A stretch of 36,254 nucleotides of DNA from a virus (IMGVR_UViG_3300023223_000317:1-36254), one strand, 5' to 3'. Shown: positions 26,695 through 34,879, counted from the first letter of the stretch. Made by a program: numbers and translations. Notes: generated by a model not told the origin, from the letters alone.

Positions 26695-29042
26695 CAGTAT
26701 CCACAGCCACAAACAGGGCCGATTATAACGGTAATGGCTCAGTCGTTGACTTTGCTGTGCCTTTCCGATTCTTGGTTAATTCTGACGTTCAAGTAATTCT
26801 CATTGATGCTCTAGGTGTTGAGACTACACAGGTAGAGGTCACAAATTATACCCTAGTCGGTGCTGGAGATGCGGCTGGTGGTACTGTCACCATGCTAGTA
26901 GCTCCGGCTACCGGCGAACGATTAACAGTATTGCGTGATGTTCCCGCTACTCAGGAGACTGACTATGTAGAGAACGATTCGTTCCCTGCTGAATCTCATG
27001 AAGACGCACTAGATAAACTGACAATGATTGTCCAACAACAAGCGGAACTTATCGCGAGAACATTAAAATTCACAGCAGGCTCAATAAATACAAGTGATCT
27101 TGATTTGCCCGTACCAGAGGCGGGTCTTTTCTTTAAATGGAAGGCTGATCTTTCTGGTGTTGAAAACTCAGGAGCCCCCGGTCAGGTAGTCCCAGGTACT
27201 AATATCGGTTTAGTATCCGATATGAAAGCAGATACAAGTTTAGTAGTCGGTGATTTTGTATTTACAAATGGCTATATCTCACTAGGTGATGGCGGTGATA
27301 ATTCCTATGAAATCGTAGCCGCAGCTACCGGGACAAATGATGGGGGTTCATTTATTGATCTTGCGGGGTCTGGTCATCAGGCAAAGGCTTTGTTTCCTAA
27401 TGGCACTATAAATATTCGTCAATATGGCGCTATTGGTGATGGTGTTGCTGATGATAGCGCTGTCTTCTCTTCCGCAGCTACAGCTACAGACAATATACTC
27501 CTACCTCCTGGAACATATGATGTACCTACAGGAGATTTTTCTTCTACATTTTTTTATGATTTTGATTTTAATGGGGTCTCTGTCACTAATAACTCCACAA
27601 TAGTCTCAAGAAATATAACCAGTATGTACGATGGAAATTTAAGTTCGCCAGATGATCTGAATCTTATTCAGGGTCCGGCTGCAATGAGGGTATTCTCATT
27701 TAATCAGACAGCAGTGAATATTCCAGAAGCTGGACAAGATGGCACGCTATTGCATTTTGAAGATACTAAAAATGCCGCTCAAATGGTATTCGGGTCGAAT
27801 AATGAATTCTGGTTAAGGAACGATCCTACAGCTCCATTCGATTTCGCTGCATCTCCTTTTAGGAGAATTGTTTTAGCAGATGGCACAGCAGATTTCCTTA
27901 CTATCACTAATGAAATTCGTTTTGAAGGAGCTGTAGGTGAGGACGCATTAATTCAAAAGAATGCTACAGCTCTTCGTGATGAGTTTCAAATCTATGCTAA
28001 CGGTGATGCTTTTAGTACTGGGTCATTGGGTTCGGGTATTCATCTGTACGGGAATAAAGACGAACAACATGCCGGTAATTTTACAGTTCTGACAGGTCAA
28101 AATGACTTAGGAGACGCACGTATTATTGCCTCTGGTGGTAGCCTCAAGTTGGCTATAACATCTATCACTTCTGTATCAACTACGGCAACAGTAACTACAA
28201 CTTCCCCTCACGAGTTAACCTCTGGCATGAGTGTATTAGTAGATGGGGCTGGGCAATCAGAATATAATATTAAGGCAGTAGTTACTGTTACGGGAGCCAG
28301 CACGTTTACATATATATTTGCTGGATCTGGTACATCTCCTGCAACAGGAACAATCTTCTTTTATTGGGGAGAAGGTGCTAGAGCAAATACTGATACTAGG
28401 GTGACTATTGGTAATGCTATATTTGATTTTGTAGATAATGAGAATGATACAGCTTTACTTAACCTTAAGAATCCTTCAGGTAGACCCGCTATATGTTTCA
28501 CTGAGACTAATTCCTCAACAGAGGGTGAATTGTCTGTACCTACAGGAGAGGCATTCTCAATTGGTCATTGGACCGGTACCGCATTTACTCCAAGGGTTGG
28601 CATGGATTCAGGCGGCGATTGGATACCTATGGTAGATGATGGTGTTAACTTAGGTGATGCCGATAATAGATGGAAAGAAGTTTTCTCTACTATAGGCTCT
28701 ATTAATACCTCAGATGAAAATAGGAAACAGCAAATAGGAACTATACCAGAAGCTGTTTTAGATGCCTGGGCTGAGATTAATTATTGTCAGTATAAATGGA
28801 ATGCTAGAGTAGAGGAAGAAGGGGAATTAGCTGTTTTCCATATTGGTGTTATTGCTCAACGAATAGAAGAGGCTTTTATTAAGCATAATGTAGACCCTGG
28901 AGATTATAGTATTGTTCTTGTTCCAGAAGGTTCGGGAGAATATAGTATCCGACCTACAGAATGTTTAATGCTAGAAGCTGCTTTGCAGAGAAGAGAGCTA
29001 GATAAAATTAAAGCATTATTAGATACATTTGGTTCAGTTTAA
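26691..29042 (+). CDS. Tail fibre/spike with T7 gp17-like N-terminal anchor and C-terminal intramolecular chaperone (peptidase S74)
   Basis: YNGNGS...F..PF...Q.TDY.END.FPAE.HE.ALDKLT N-terminus; TSDENRKQ...HIGVIAQ C-terminus. Confidence 0.92.
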   Translation: MTVSTATNRADYNGNGSVVDFAVPFRFLVNSDVQVILIDALGVETTQVEVTNYTLVGAGDAAGGTVTMLVAPATGERLTVLRDVPATQETDYVENDSFPAESHEDALDKLTMIVQQQAELIARTLKFTAGSINTSDLDLPVPEAGLFFKWKADLSGVENSGAPGQVVPGTNIGLVSDMKADTSLVVGDFVFTNGYISLGDGGDNSYEIVAAATGTNDGGSFIDLAGSGHQAKALFPNGTINIRQYGAIGDGVADDSAVFSSAATATDNILLPPGTYDVPTGDFSSTFFYDFDFNGVSVTNNSTIVSRNITSMYDGNLSSPDDLNLIQGPAAMRVFSFNQTAVNIPEAGQDGTLLHFEDTKNAAQMVFGSNNEFWLRNDPTAPFDFAASPFRRIVLADGTADFLTITNEIRFEGAVGEDALIQKNATALRDEFQIYANGDAFSTGSLGSGIHLYGNKDEQHAGNFTVLTGQNDLGDARIIASGGSLKLAITSITSVSTTATVTTTSPHELTSGMSVLVDGAGQSEYNIKAVVTVTGASTFTYIFAGSGTSPATGTIFFYWGEGARANTDTRVTIGNAIFDFVDNENDTALLNLKNPSGRPAICFTETNSSTEGELSVPTGEAFSIGHWTGTAFTPRVGMDSGGDWIPMVDDGVNLGDADNRWKEVFSTIGSINTSDENRKQQIGTIPEAVLDAWAEINYCQYKWNARVEEEGELAVFHIGVIAQRIEEAFIKHNVDPGDYSIVLVPEGSGEYSIRPTECLMLEAALQRRELDKIKALLDTFGSV

Positions 29043-29068
29043 GGCCACCAAGATAAGCTAGCTACCGA

Positions 29069-29269
29069 TCAATGTACGTTATGATCAGGCTCTGGCCCTA
29101 TTGAGATAGTTTGATATCTATCCCAGGTGATGAGCCAGTTAGTATGACAGGGATAATTACTCTTACTTAAGAATGTCATCTTCATAAACTCTGCCATCAC
29201 CTCTTCTGGAGTGCTATCGGCATCCTCGACAGTCTTTAGGAATGTTTCTTGTAGAGCTTCTATATCCAT
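29069..29269 (-). CDS. Hypothetical protein
   Basis: GGAG SD; last gene of the leftward operon. Confidence 0.6.
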   Translation of the reverse strand: MDIEALQETFLKTVEDADSTPEEVMAEFMKMTFLSKSNYPCHTNWLITWDRYQTISIGPEPDHNVH

Positions 29270-29327
29270 GATTCATCTCCAGAAATATGACCACTTATAT
29301 GCGTCATGGTGGTCATGATCAACAGTG

Positions 29328-29549
29328 TTAGCTGTCACAAGCCTTCACAGTTCCATCGGTGTTATATGCCACTGATGCGCCAGAGGTAAACTGTAGATAC
29401 ATCACGCCGTCGTAGCAGGTTTCTGTAGCGTTTCCACTGACCGCAACGAAAAGACGGTCAACTGCTCCGCAGCCCGTCACAGCTAACAACACTGTCAAAA
29501 CGACAGTCAAACGCAACGCGATCTTGTTAAATTTATTCATAATCTTCAT
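29328..29549 (-). CDS. Putative lipoprotein
   Basis: Signal peptide with lipobox VTGC; C.DGV.YLQF.SG.SV.Y..DG.V..C pattern. Confidence 0.8.
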   Translation of the reverse strand: MKIMNKFNKIALRLTVVLTVLLAVTGCGAVDRLFVAVSGNATETCYDGVMYLQFTSGASVAYNTDGTVKACDS

Positions 29550-29575
29550 CCTCTCAGTTCTAAATCGTATAACAA

Positions 29576-29850
29576 CTAAACAATCCCAGCCCGCATAAAC
29601 CTGCCCATCAAGTTATCTTCACTAGCAATAACCACAGGCACTCTTTCCGGCATCATCCCTTTAGGCCATAGCTTAGTAAAGTTTGGCCCGCGATCAATCT
29701 CAATATCACCACGCTTAACCAATTTGTTCTTGGCGTATTTCAGCGTATATGGATTGGCAAGATCAAACGCGGCGGCATACTCGATAATCTTTAGCCCTGG
29801 CTTATCCTTTATTGCGGATAGCAGGTCATCTGGGTTTTCTTTAGCTTCAT
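29576..29850 (-). pseudogene. Winged-HTH protein, frameshifted near its start
   Basis: Open frame 29860-29576 encodes LLSAIKDKPGL...LVKRGDIEI but has no ATG/GTG/TTG near its 5' end; ATG 29850 is one base out of frame. Confidence 0.55.
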
Positions 29851-29853
29851 GGG

Positions 29854-30492
29854 TTATGCCTTAATAATTGAATAATCATTATTTAAAATAAACTGCTTTG
29901 TTGTGGTTATAAGATCTCGGAACCCTGCAAGCCTTTCGTTGACCATTTTAAACTCTTCTGTAAAATCCTCTTTGTAGCTGCGATGAACATAAAGATTCTT
30001 GTCTTCTGGAAAGTCGCTACAGTAGCTAATGAAATCAACCCAGTCGCGACCGGTTATTTTTAAATGGCCTACTAGCTGCCATTTATAAGCAGAGTCGAAT
30101 GATTGCTTTACGATGCGCGAATAATGAACAGATGGAATAGCTGATTTAATCTCAATTATTCCGTTACTACCAACAAGGCCATCCGGTGATGTTCCTGTGT
30201 CGCCATCCTCGAAGAATCCGCCATTGGATACATCACAGAAATACCGCTCCTCGTAAGCCATTCGAGCTAGTGGCTCCTCTTCGTGACCCCTTGCCATGTG
30301 TTCATTTGAGTAGCCGTCGCCCGATGTGCAGCCTGTGAGCTGCTGTAGCGCAATGTCAACAGCATACTTCTTGGCCGGTTCGCCAAATGATTTGCCATAG
30401 TTAGCCATGACTTTAGATAGGCTGCTGGCTGTAACCTTACCAGCCCTAAGCAAAAACCACTCGTCAGAGTTTTGCTCGACATCATGAAACAT
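29854..30492 (-). CDS. YqaJ/lambda-exonuclease family recombination nuclease
   Basis: EQNSDEW...R.GKVTAS...MARGHEEEP.AR...SPDGLV...IEIK. Confidence 0.93.
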   Translation of the reverse strand: MFHDVEQNSDEWFLLRAGKVTASSLSKVMANYGKSFGEPAKKYAVDIALQQLTGCTSGDGYSNEHMARGHEEEPLARMAYEERYFCDVSNGGFFEDGDTGTSPDGLVGSNGIIEIKSAIPSVHYSRIVKQSFDSAYKWQLVGHLKITGRDWVDFISYCSDFPEDKNLYVHRSYKEDFTEEFKMVNERLAGFRDLITTTKQFILNNDYSIIKA

Positions 30493-30985
30493 TTGCTTGC
30501 TCCGCTATCAGGGCTCTATTTGCTCCACTAACGTCCATGCGCTCCAGTACCTTATCCAGGTTCCCATCACGTTTGTATGCTGCGATAGCGTTAGTCCATG
30601 CCTTGCTGTCAGGCTTCAACTCTTGACGCTTCTGCGGTTGATTAGGGTTTATCCTGATGCCGCCAGTTTTTTCACCGCCAAAGAAAACATCTGGATTAAT
30701 GTATAGCTGCACTGGAATGTTACTCCAATCTTCAACAAAAGAGCTTCCACCGGCGAACTTGCTGATCATTTTGGCGTTTTCTACGTTAAGGCAAAGAGGC
30801 TTAATCTTCTCCTCAAAGTAGGCAATATTGTGATTTCCTTTGCGCCCTGCAACCTTCACTCCGATCTCTTGCTTAACCTCTCTGATCGTGAATACAAGAG
30901 GGTTTTTAGCCTCCACTAAGTCCTCAAGATCAGCAACTCCAAGGTGATCGCTTTTAAATACTTTTCTATAATGTGTTTTGCTCAT
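30482..30985 (-). CDS. Conserved phage protein partnered with the exonuclease (putative ssDNA-annealing or binding protein)
   Basis: KTHYRKVFKSDHLG...KPL.LN..N...W...GIRI; function inferred from position only. Confidence 0.6.
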   Translation of the reverse strand: MSKTHYRKVFKSDHLGVADLEDLVEAKNPLVFTIREVKQEIGVKVAGRKGNHNIAYFEEKIKPLCLNVENAKMISKFAGGSSFVEDWSNIPVQLYINPDVFFGGEKTGGIRINPNQPQKRQELKPDSKAWTNAIAAYKRDGNLDKVLERMDVSGANRALIAEQANVS

Positions 30986-31166
30986 CTCTCTTCCCTTCCA
31001 TTAACTGTTTATATTCTTGGTAGCCCGTATATTCTGAGCTGCCCGGTAAAAATGGCGTCCTATCACTGAATCCGCCGTTTGTCTTAAGCTCAATTATTCC
31101 CGCTTCATACCCCAACATCCTGCCGTGATTATTTGCTGTTTCTGTCATTATTATCATCAACCACAA
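30966..31166 (-). CDS. Hypothetical protein
   Basis: ORF track; overlaps neighbours in the operon. Confidence 0.55.
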   Translation of the reverse strand: MWLMIIMTETANNHGRMLGYEAGIIELKTNGGFSDRTPFLPGSSEYTGYQEYKQLMEGKRDEQNTL

Positions 31167-31338
31167 TACCTCGCTTAAACTGATGTGCGGCTACTGCAGA
31201 GCGCGCGCACAACGACTCAATCAACTGGAAACACTCTGTTATAGCCTGCCCTCTTGTTGGCATATCGGCTAATAGAGGCCTTCCAGCTATCATTTGGAAT
31301 GCGCTATAACTGCCACTGCTGTTGCGTTTGATGATCAT
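31129..31338 (-). CDS. Hypothetical protein
   Basis: ORF track; GGCGG SD. Confidence 0.6.
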   Translation of the reverse strand: MIIKRNSSGSYSAFQMIAGRPLLADMPTRGQAITECFQLIESLCARSAVAAHQFKRGIVVDDNNDRNSK

Positions 31339-31340
31339 TG

Positions 31341-31517
31341 CTAGTTACCGCCTTTAAAGTTTTCTACAAAATAGCCCACTTGACATCTGCCAGCTACTCC
31401 AGCCCTAAGAAGATTTAACTCGTGTTCTTCTTGCCGGCTTCTATCAGGCAATGGAATTGACGTGATTTCTTCTATTCGATCCATATCTACCGGATCAACA
31501 TCAATTGTTATTTTCAT
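31341..31517 (-). CDS. Hypothetical protein (58 aa, MKITIDVDPV...)
   Basis: Hand-translated; fills an operon gap with ATGA coupling. Confidence 0.6.
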   Translation of the reverse strand: MKITIDVDPVDMDRIEEITSIPLPDRSRQEEHELNLLRAGVAGRCQVGYFVENFKGGN

Positions 31518-31645
31518 TTCGCCGCCCTGTCATCAAAACAACATCCAACATAAAAGCACACATCGCTGAACGAGATAACGCCCCAGGTGTACTCCATCAA
31601 ATAGGCTTCAATAAACTTTTTACCATGATCATTAATATTGGTCAT
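31514..31645 (-). CDS. Hypothetical protein (43 aa, MTNINDHGKK...)
   Basis: Hand-translated; ATGA overlaps at both ends. Confidence 0.55.
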   Translation of the reverse strand: MTNINDHGKKFIEAYLMEYTWGVISFSDVCFYVGCCFDDRAAK

Positions 31646-31872
31646 TTCGCACCCCTTATTAGCTCAATATCTTCGTCAGTCATTCGATGCATCACCACGC
31701 TGAACCGGACATTTACATTGTCTTCCCAATCAACCTGAATACTTTCATCGGAGTGGCTGTACATGCCCCGATAATGACCGCCACTCTCTTCTTCTAGCTT
31801 GTCACGAACCTGCTGAATGTCTTTGGCAATGAATGGGCTGTCGTCTTGGTCTGAGTAAGTGCATATATACAT
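31642..31872 (-). CDS. Hypothetical protein, first gene of the leftward early operon
   Basis: GGGAAG SD; downstream of the leftward promoter. Confidence 0.7.
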   Translation of the reverse strand: MYICTYSDQDDSPFIAKDIQQVRDKLEEESGGHYRGMYSHSDESIQVDWEDNVNVRFSVVMHRMTDEDIELIRGAK

Positions 31873-31904
31873 GATGCTTCCCGTTGTTTTGATTTGTTAA
31901 GTTC

Positions 31905-31933
31905 AGATTACACTCAAATAATTAAACTGTCAA
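31905..31933 (-). promoter_or_regulatory. Leftward sigma70 promoter
   Basis: TTGACA-17 nt-TAATCT on the minus strand. Confidence 0.75.
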
Positions 31934-31939
31934 ATACAA

Positions 31940-31968
31940 TTGACATATTAATTAATATAAATTATCCT
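31940..31968 (+). promoter_or_regulatory. Rightward sigma70 promoter
   Basis: TTGACA-17 nt-TATCCT. Confidence 0.75.
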
Positions 31969-31995
31969 ATTGATAAATCAGATGAGGCTGGGATT

Positions 31996-32181
31996 ATGGA
32001 ATTAAAGTTTAAGACAGTTGGGCTTGAAGAAGTTCTAAGGGATATGACGGTGACGGCTGTGGCTAAATTGCTAGAAGTATCGAGGCCCACGATATATGCA
32101 ATGCTGGATGAAGGGCGTTACGTTCGATTCAGAAAGGTTAAGGGTGTGTACGAGGCCTATGAAGTAACCAGGCTTATTTAA
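31996..32181 (+). CDS. Cro-like HTH regulator
   Basis: TVTAVAKLLEVSRPTIYAML HTH; start revised to ATG 31996 because the longer ORF runs through the promoters. Confidence 0.8.
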   Translation: MELKFKTVGLEEVLRDMTVTAVAKLLEVSRPTIYAMLDEGRYVRFRKVKGVYEAYEVTRLI

Positions 32182-32189
32182 TAAGGGGA

Positions 32190-32405
32190 GTGATTATGAA
32201 CGACCTAGCAATTAAAGTTAAAGACGTAAAGGAATTTGTAAAGAGTGAGCGCGCCCTATACGCATCCTGCAAAGGAAAAAGGTTTTTTGTCGCGTTACAC
32301 GCTGGCCCAAATGTTAATCGGTATATTGTAGAGTTGGACGGTAGCCCTAATGGCTTTACAAAACTTGGTGATGCCGTGAAATTCTTTAATAGCGCTTACA
32401 TGTGA
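32190..32405 (+). CDS. Hypothetical protein
   Basis: AAGGGGAG SD (likely ATG 32196). Confidence 0.7.
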   Translation: MIMNDLAIKVKDVKEFVKSERALYASCKGKRFFVALHAGPNVNRYIVELDGSPNGFTKLGDAVKFFNSAYM

Positions 32406-32614
32406 TAACGGGGGAGATTATGAGAAATTTTGACTACTGGATTGTATACGGATTAATCAGCAGCAACCTCGTATGGATAAGGGTTGCTGGGCTTGGCTAT
32501 GGATTAGCAATAAAGAAAACGCCCATGTTGTTTAGTGAGCGCAATGGGCTCGTTAAGCATTTACCTTTACCTTTTGGGTGGCGAGCAGTGTTTTTAAAGG
32601 CTACTGACACCTAA
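32402..32614 (+). CDS. Hypothetical protein
   Basis: W.R..G.G..IK..P.LFSERNG motif; likely start ATG 32420. Confidence 0.7.
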   Translation: MITGEIMRNFDYWIVYGLISSNLVWIRVAGLGYGLAIKKTPMLFSERNGLVKHLPLPFGWRAVFLKATDT

Positions 32615-32664
32615 CCACCCCCCAACAACTTATGCGCTATATGCGCTGATATGGAGTGAGAGAG

Positions 32665-32832
32665 ATGAAAACTTTATTGTTCGTTGTTGTTTTAACTTTA
32701 TGCTACTGGCCGTTTTCCGCATGGATTCGAGATCAAAGCATTTGGGAAGGACTGTTGCACGGGATATTAGTCGTTATTATTTGTGGCATTGTTGGAGTTT
32801 TCGCTGGGAATATTCTCAATCGTAACAACTAA
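32665..32832 (+). CDS. Small two-TM membrane protein (55 aa)
   Basis: Hand-translated MKTLLFVVVLTLCYWPF...; GGAG/GAGAG upstream. Confidence 0.6.
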   Translation: MKTLLFVVVLTLCYWPFSAWIRDQSIWEGLLHGILVVIICGIVGVFAGNILNRNN

Positions 32833-32868
32833 TCCCCTAAACGCAGTAATAGATTAATAACTGAGGAT

Positions 32869-33156
32869 TTGAAGATGAAGATTGAAGCAGGTTGCAAAGC
32901 AGTAATTATAAATAGCTATGCTGGAAATGATGGATTAATTGTTAATGTTATTAAGCATCTTGGAAAAGTTAAATATTACTCCAGTGAGTACGGTGATCGA
33001 TGGGAAATTGATGCCACGATCAATGATACTGATGGAATTAAGCACAATCATATTTGCGTGGGTCAATTAAAACGAATTGATGACGACGCAAGAAAAGTCA
33101 CATCATGGGATGCGCTAAAAGATATTTATGTACCTCCTTCTACTGTTGGCGCGTAA
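32869..33156 (+). CDS. Hypothetical phage protein
   Basis: IEAGCKAVII...N.G..V.V...LKRID; GAGGA SD. Confidence 0.75.
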   Translation: MKMKIEAGCKAVIINSYAGNDGLIVNVIKHLGKVKYYSSEYGDRWEIDATINDTDGIKHNHICVGQLKRIDDDARKVTSWDALKDIYVPPSTVGA

Positions 33157-33242
33157 CACCATGAACGAACTATATTGGATAGCAGCCACAGAAGTTACTT
33201 GTTACTTCTTGCTGCTTTACCTGATGATAACGGATAACAATC

Positions 33243-33680
33243 GTGAAAATTGACGTGATAAAACAGGCTGGCGGGTTGTTAGTGCCTGCTTCGGATATGG
33301 AGGCCGAAAGAATGATCAGGTTTAAGACCGGCGAGCATTATCAGATTGATATTAAGCTCACTCGTAACCCTGCTTTCCACGGCAAAGTATTCGCATTCTT
33401 TAATTTCTGCTTTGAGTTCTGGCGCGGCGACAACGAGTTCCAGGATGAAAAGAAGCAATTCGACGTATTCCGTAATCATTTAACAGTATTAGCCGGGTTC
33501 TATGATTCTTTCGTCGGAATTAATGGCGATGTGCGTATCGAGGCGAAGTCACTAGCATTTGGTAACATGGACCAAGAAGAGTTCGAACTGTTCTATAACG
33601 CAGCGATCCGGGCCGCTATAAAGCATATCTTCAAGACGGATGATGAAAACACACTTAATCAACTAATGAGTTTTTTCTAG
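33243..33680 (+). CDS. DUF1367 (YbcN/NinB-like) protein
   Basis: RNPAFH.K.FA...FR..LT..AGFY...AKSLAF.NMDQEEF..FY. Confidence 0.88.
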   Translation: MKIDVIKQAGGLLVPASDMEAERMIRFKTGEHYQIDIKLTRNPAFHGKVFAFFNFCFEFWRGDNEFQDEKKQFDVFRNHLTVLAGFYDSFVGINGDVRIEAKSLAFGNMDQEEFELFYNAAIRAAIKHIFKTDDENTLNQLMSFF

Positions 33681-33691
33681 AGGGATAACCA

Positions 33692-33910
33692 ATGAAAACT
33701 TTGATATGCGAACTATCTCATGGGCTTCATCACAAACCTTTGCGCCATGACGAGCCAATACCGCCTCACGATGAGCTCATAACATATAAATGCTCAAAGT
33801 GTGACCGAACCTGGCAGGATACTGATATTGAGACGAACATATGGGCCCTGCTTGTTATTCCTGTGGGTGTGTTGGTGTTGGTTATCCTGGCAATCAGTGA
33901 TTTTGTGTGA
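33692..33910 (+). CDS. Zinc-binding protein with C-terminal TM helix
   Basis: C...H...CSKC and a hydrophobic tail. Confidence 0.65.
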   Translation: MKTLICELSHGLHHKPLRHDEPIPPHDELITYKCSKCDRTWQDTDIETNIWALLVIPVGVLVLVILAISDFV

Positions 33911-34104
33911 TGATCGAGATCGATGCGAAAGTGATAGACTGTAGTTCACCCAAAACCGGCAGAATAGCGCTGATAATCGTTGATTTGCATGACTGCATGC
34001 GCCCAGTTACAGGGGTTGTTGTAAAGTGGGACGACGAAACAATATCAACAATCAAAGCTGATCAGTTAGTTGATCGTGATGGATTTCTGGAGCTGATACC
34101 ATGA
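33907..34104 (+). CDS. Hypothetical protein
   Basis: Overlapping start/stop with both neighbours. Confidence 0.65.
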   Translation: MMIEIDAKVIDCSSPKTGRIALIIVDLHDCMRPVTGVVVKWDDETISTIKADQLVDRDGFLELIP

Positions 34105-34415
34105 GAGGCAGAAACGCAAACGCAGAGGAAAAACGGTGGATGTCTCAAGTCCAAGACTTGGGCTGTTGCGTCTGTCGTAAGCACTATGACCAAGACAGCC
34201 CTGCTGAGATACACCACACGACAGGCAAGACGATTGAAGGCGCTCACTTCCATGTATTGCCATTATGCCCAATGCATCACCGCTTAGCCTGCTGTAATGG
34301 CACTTGGGCTACTCGTCATGGCCCAGGCAGGAACGCTGGCAAGTTTCTATTTGAGCAGGCATATGGCACTGAGCAAGAATTATTGGATTATGTAGTGGAG
34401 TTGATTAATGGCTAA
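34101..34415 (+). CDS. Ref-family recombination enhancement nuclease (HNH-like)
   Basis: LGCCVC...PAEIHH...VLPLCPMHHR...FEQAYGTEQELL. Confidence 0.88.
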   Translation: MRGRNANAEEKRWMSQVQDLGCCVCRKHYDQDSPAEIHHTTGKTIEGAHFHVLPLCPMHHRLACCNGTWATRHGPGRNAGKFLFEQAYGTEQELLDYVVELING

Positions 34416-34692
34416 ATATCGGCAAGCAGCAAAAGTTGACGCTAATCAGTCAGATATTGTCGATGACTTGAGGTCTATCCCTAGCATAACTGTTGAGCTA
34501 GGGCATGATGACATACTCGTAGGCTATCAGGGGCGCACGTACTGGTACGAAATAAAGAACGGCAAGCCAACCCCCAGCAAGATAAAACCGGACCAATACA
34601 GGCTATTAGAGAGCTTCACAGGGCATTATAAAATAGTGTGGACTACGGAAATGATACTAGAAGATATTGGATTGATTAATATAGGTAATTAG
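34408..34692 (+). CDS. VRR-NUC/PD-(D/E)xK nuclease, putative resolvase
   Basis: AAKVDANQ..IV..LR...DILVGY.G....EIK...Q. Confidence 0.85.
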   Translation: MAKYRQAAKVDANQSDIVDDLRSIPSITVELGHDDILVGYQGRTYWYEIKNGKPTPSKIKPDQYRLLESFTGHYKIVWTTEMILEDIGLINIGN

Positions 34693-34699
34693 TTATACT
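34672..34699 (+). promoter_or_regulatory. Putative promoter for the small RNA candidate
   Basis: TTGATT-16 nt-TATACT. Confidence 0.5.
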
Positions 34700-34704
34700 G
34701 ATAA

Positions 34705-34872
34705 CGTGTAGGAAAGATCGACCCGACTGCAGTACCCTGTTCAATCAAGCTGAGAAGTTGTCAGCTTTGGAGGTGATCATCTCCGGTTAATTCCGGGTTC
34801 CTTGTTAGGCTCTCCCCCTAAGACCAGTAATAATGGTCTCCTTGGCTCGGTTATGATGTACGAGCCTTTTTT
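34705..34872 (+). ncRNA. Candidate multi-hairpin small RNA
   Basis: Consecutive hairpins 34747-34767, 34769-34784, 34783-34796, 34805-34821, 34821-34839 and a terminator; no convincing ORF. Confidence 0.6.
34844..34872 (+). terminator. Rho-independent terminator
   Basis: GGCTCG...CGAGCC followed by T6, at the convergence of two operons. Confidence 0.75.
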
Positions 34873-34879
34873 ATGTGTG

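Noticed and set aside
6506-28635. Numerous 60-130 aa ORFs antisense or out of frame within structural genes (e.g. 15747..16115, 16221..16556, 22717..23103, 23439..23771)
   Set aside because: Shadow ORFs of long, motif-bearing genes; no independent evidence
26691-29600. Diversity-generating retroelement as in BPP-1-like podoviruses
   Set aside because: No reverse transcriptase and no template/variable repeat pair seen near the tail fibre
31894-31995. N-terminal extension of the Cro-like ORF
   Set aside because: Runs through the divergent promoters; ATG 31996 is the plausible start
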